The notes beneath the pieces were generated by a model that was not told the origin of the DNA, did not search any database, and saw nothing but the letters and a program-made list of their open reading frames with translations. DNA of 64,000 nt from Heptranchias perlo. Its lineage: Eukaryota. Positions 63,501 through 64,000 of this stretch are shown here, piece after piece (position 1 is the first letter of the stretch; the number at the start of each line of letters is the position of its first letter). Made by a program: the position numbers and the translations under genes. Location of the stretch: NCBI RefSeq assembly GCF_035084215.1, contig NC_090325.1:72106001-72170000 (forward strand), written 5' to 3'.

Positions 63501-64000
63501 CCTTGAACAAAAAACATTGAGGAAAGAGTTAACTGTGCCCCTTTTAAACAAAGGTATTTGAAAAACTGCAAACACAGTAATGTAGACAGAATTGGTTTAA
63601 ACTGCATTATTGCAAATCCTGCATTGACCCATATTTTATTTGCTATTTAGTCACAAGGCAGAGGAAAATCAGCCGTATATGGTCTTTTGGAAACACAAGC
63701 TTTCCATCGTAGCAGGAGGTAATGAAAGACAAGGAAACATGTTGCATACATCAAAGGTTGTTTATAAAAGCAAATCGTATAAGGAATGCATTTGAAGCCA
63801 TTGAAGTAACTAGACGGAGATAAAACTGTTATAAAACCTAGTCTGTGCATAGAGAAAAAGGGGCCACATACTACGATCTCTGTACGGAAGGTCACAAACA
63901 AAGATAATAAAGAGATCTCTTACATTCCATGGTTTCAGCAGATGGTCTTTCCTACATCAAAGAGACATAATCCTAGTAACAAATGGAGCAATTGGACAAA

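Overview
Eukaryotic, repeat-saturated, non-coding DNA. It is most consistent with a cartilaginous fish (shark) intergenic or intronic region; this is inferred from Deu-domain SINEs, CR1/HER1-type LINEs and the Penelope style. No host protein-coding gene could be recognised with confidence. Contents: (1) at least five PIF/Harbinger transposon copies in different states of decay, with a spliced three-exon Myb/SANT gene converging on a HARBI1-type DDE nuclease; (2) one hAT element with a ZNF862-like transposase inside a four-level nest; (3) many CR1 copies; (4) four copies of a single-ORF APE-RT LINE whose 5' end is a tRNA-like Pol III head, plus its internally deleted SINE partner; (5) Penelope-like elements, including a 234-bp fold-back carrying minimal hammerhead ribozymes on both strands; (6) Deu-SINEs, GC-rich MITEs sharing a palindromic core, an H2B pseudogene, minisatellites and a 198-bp templated inverted insertion. 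All boundaries were read by eye; ends of old repeats are approximate.
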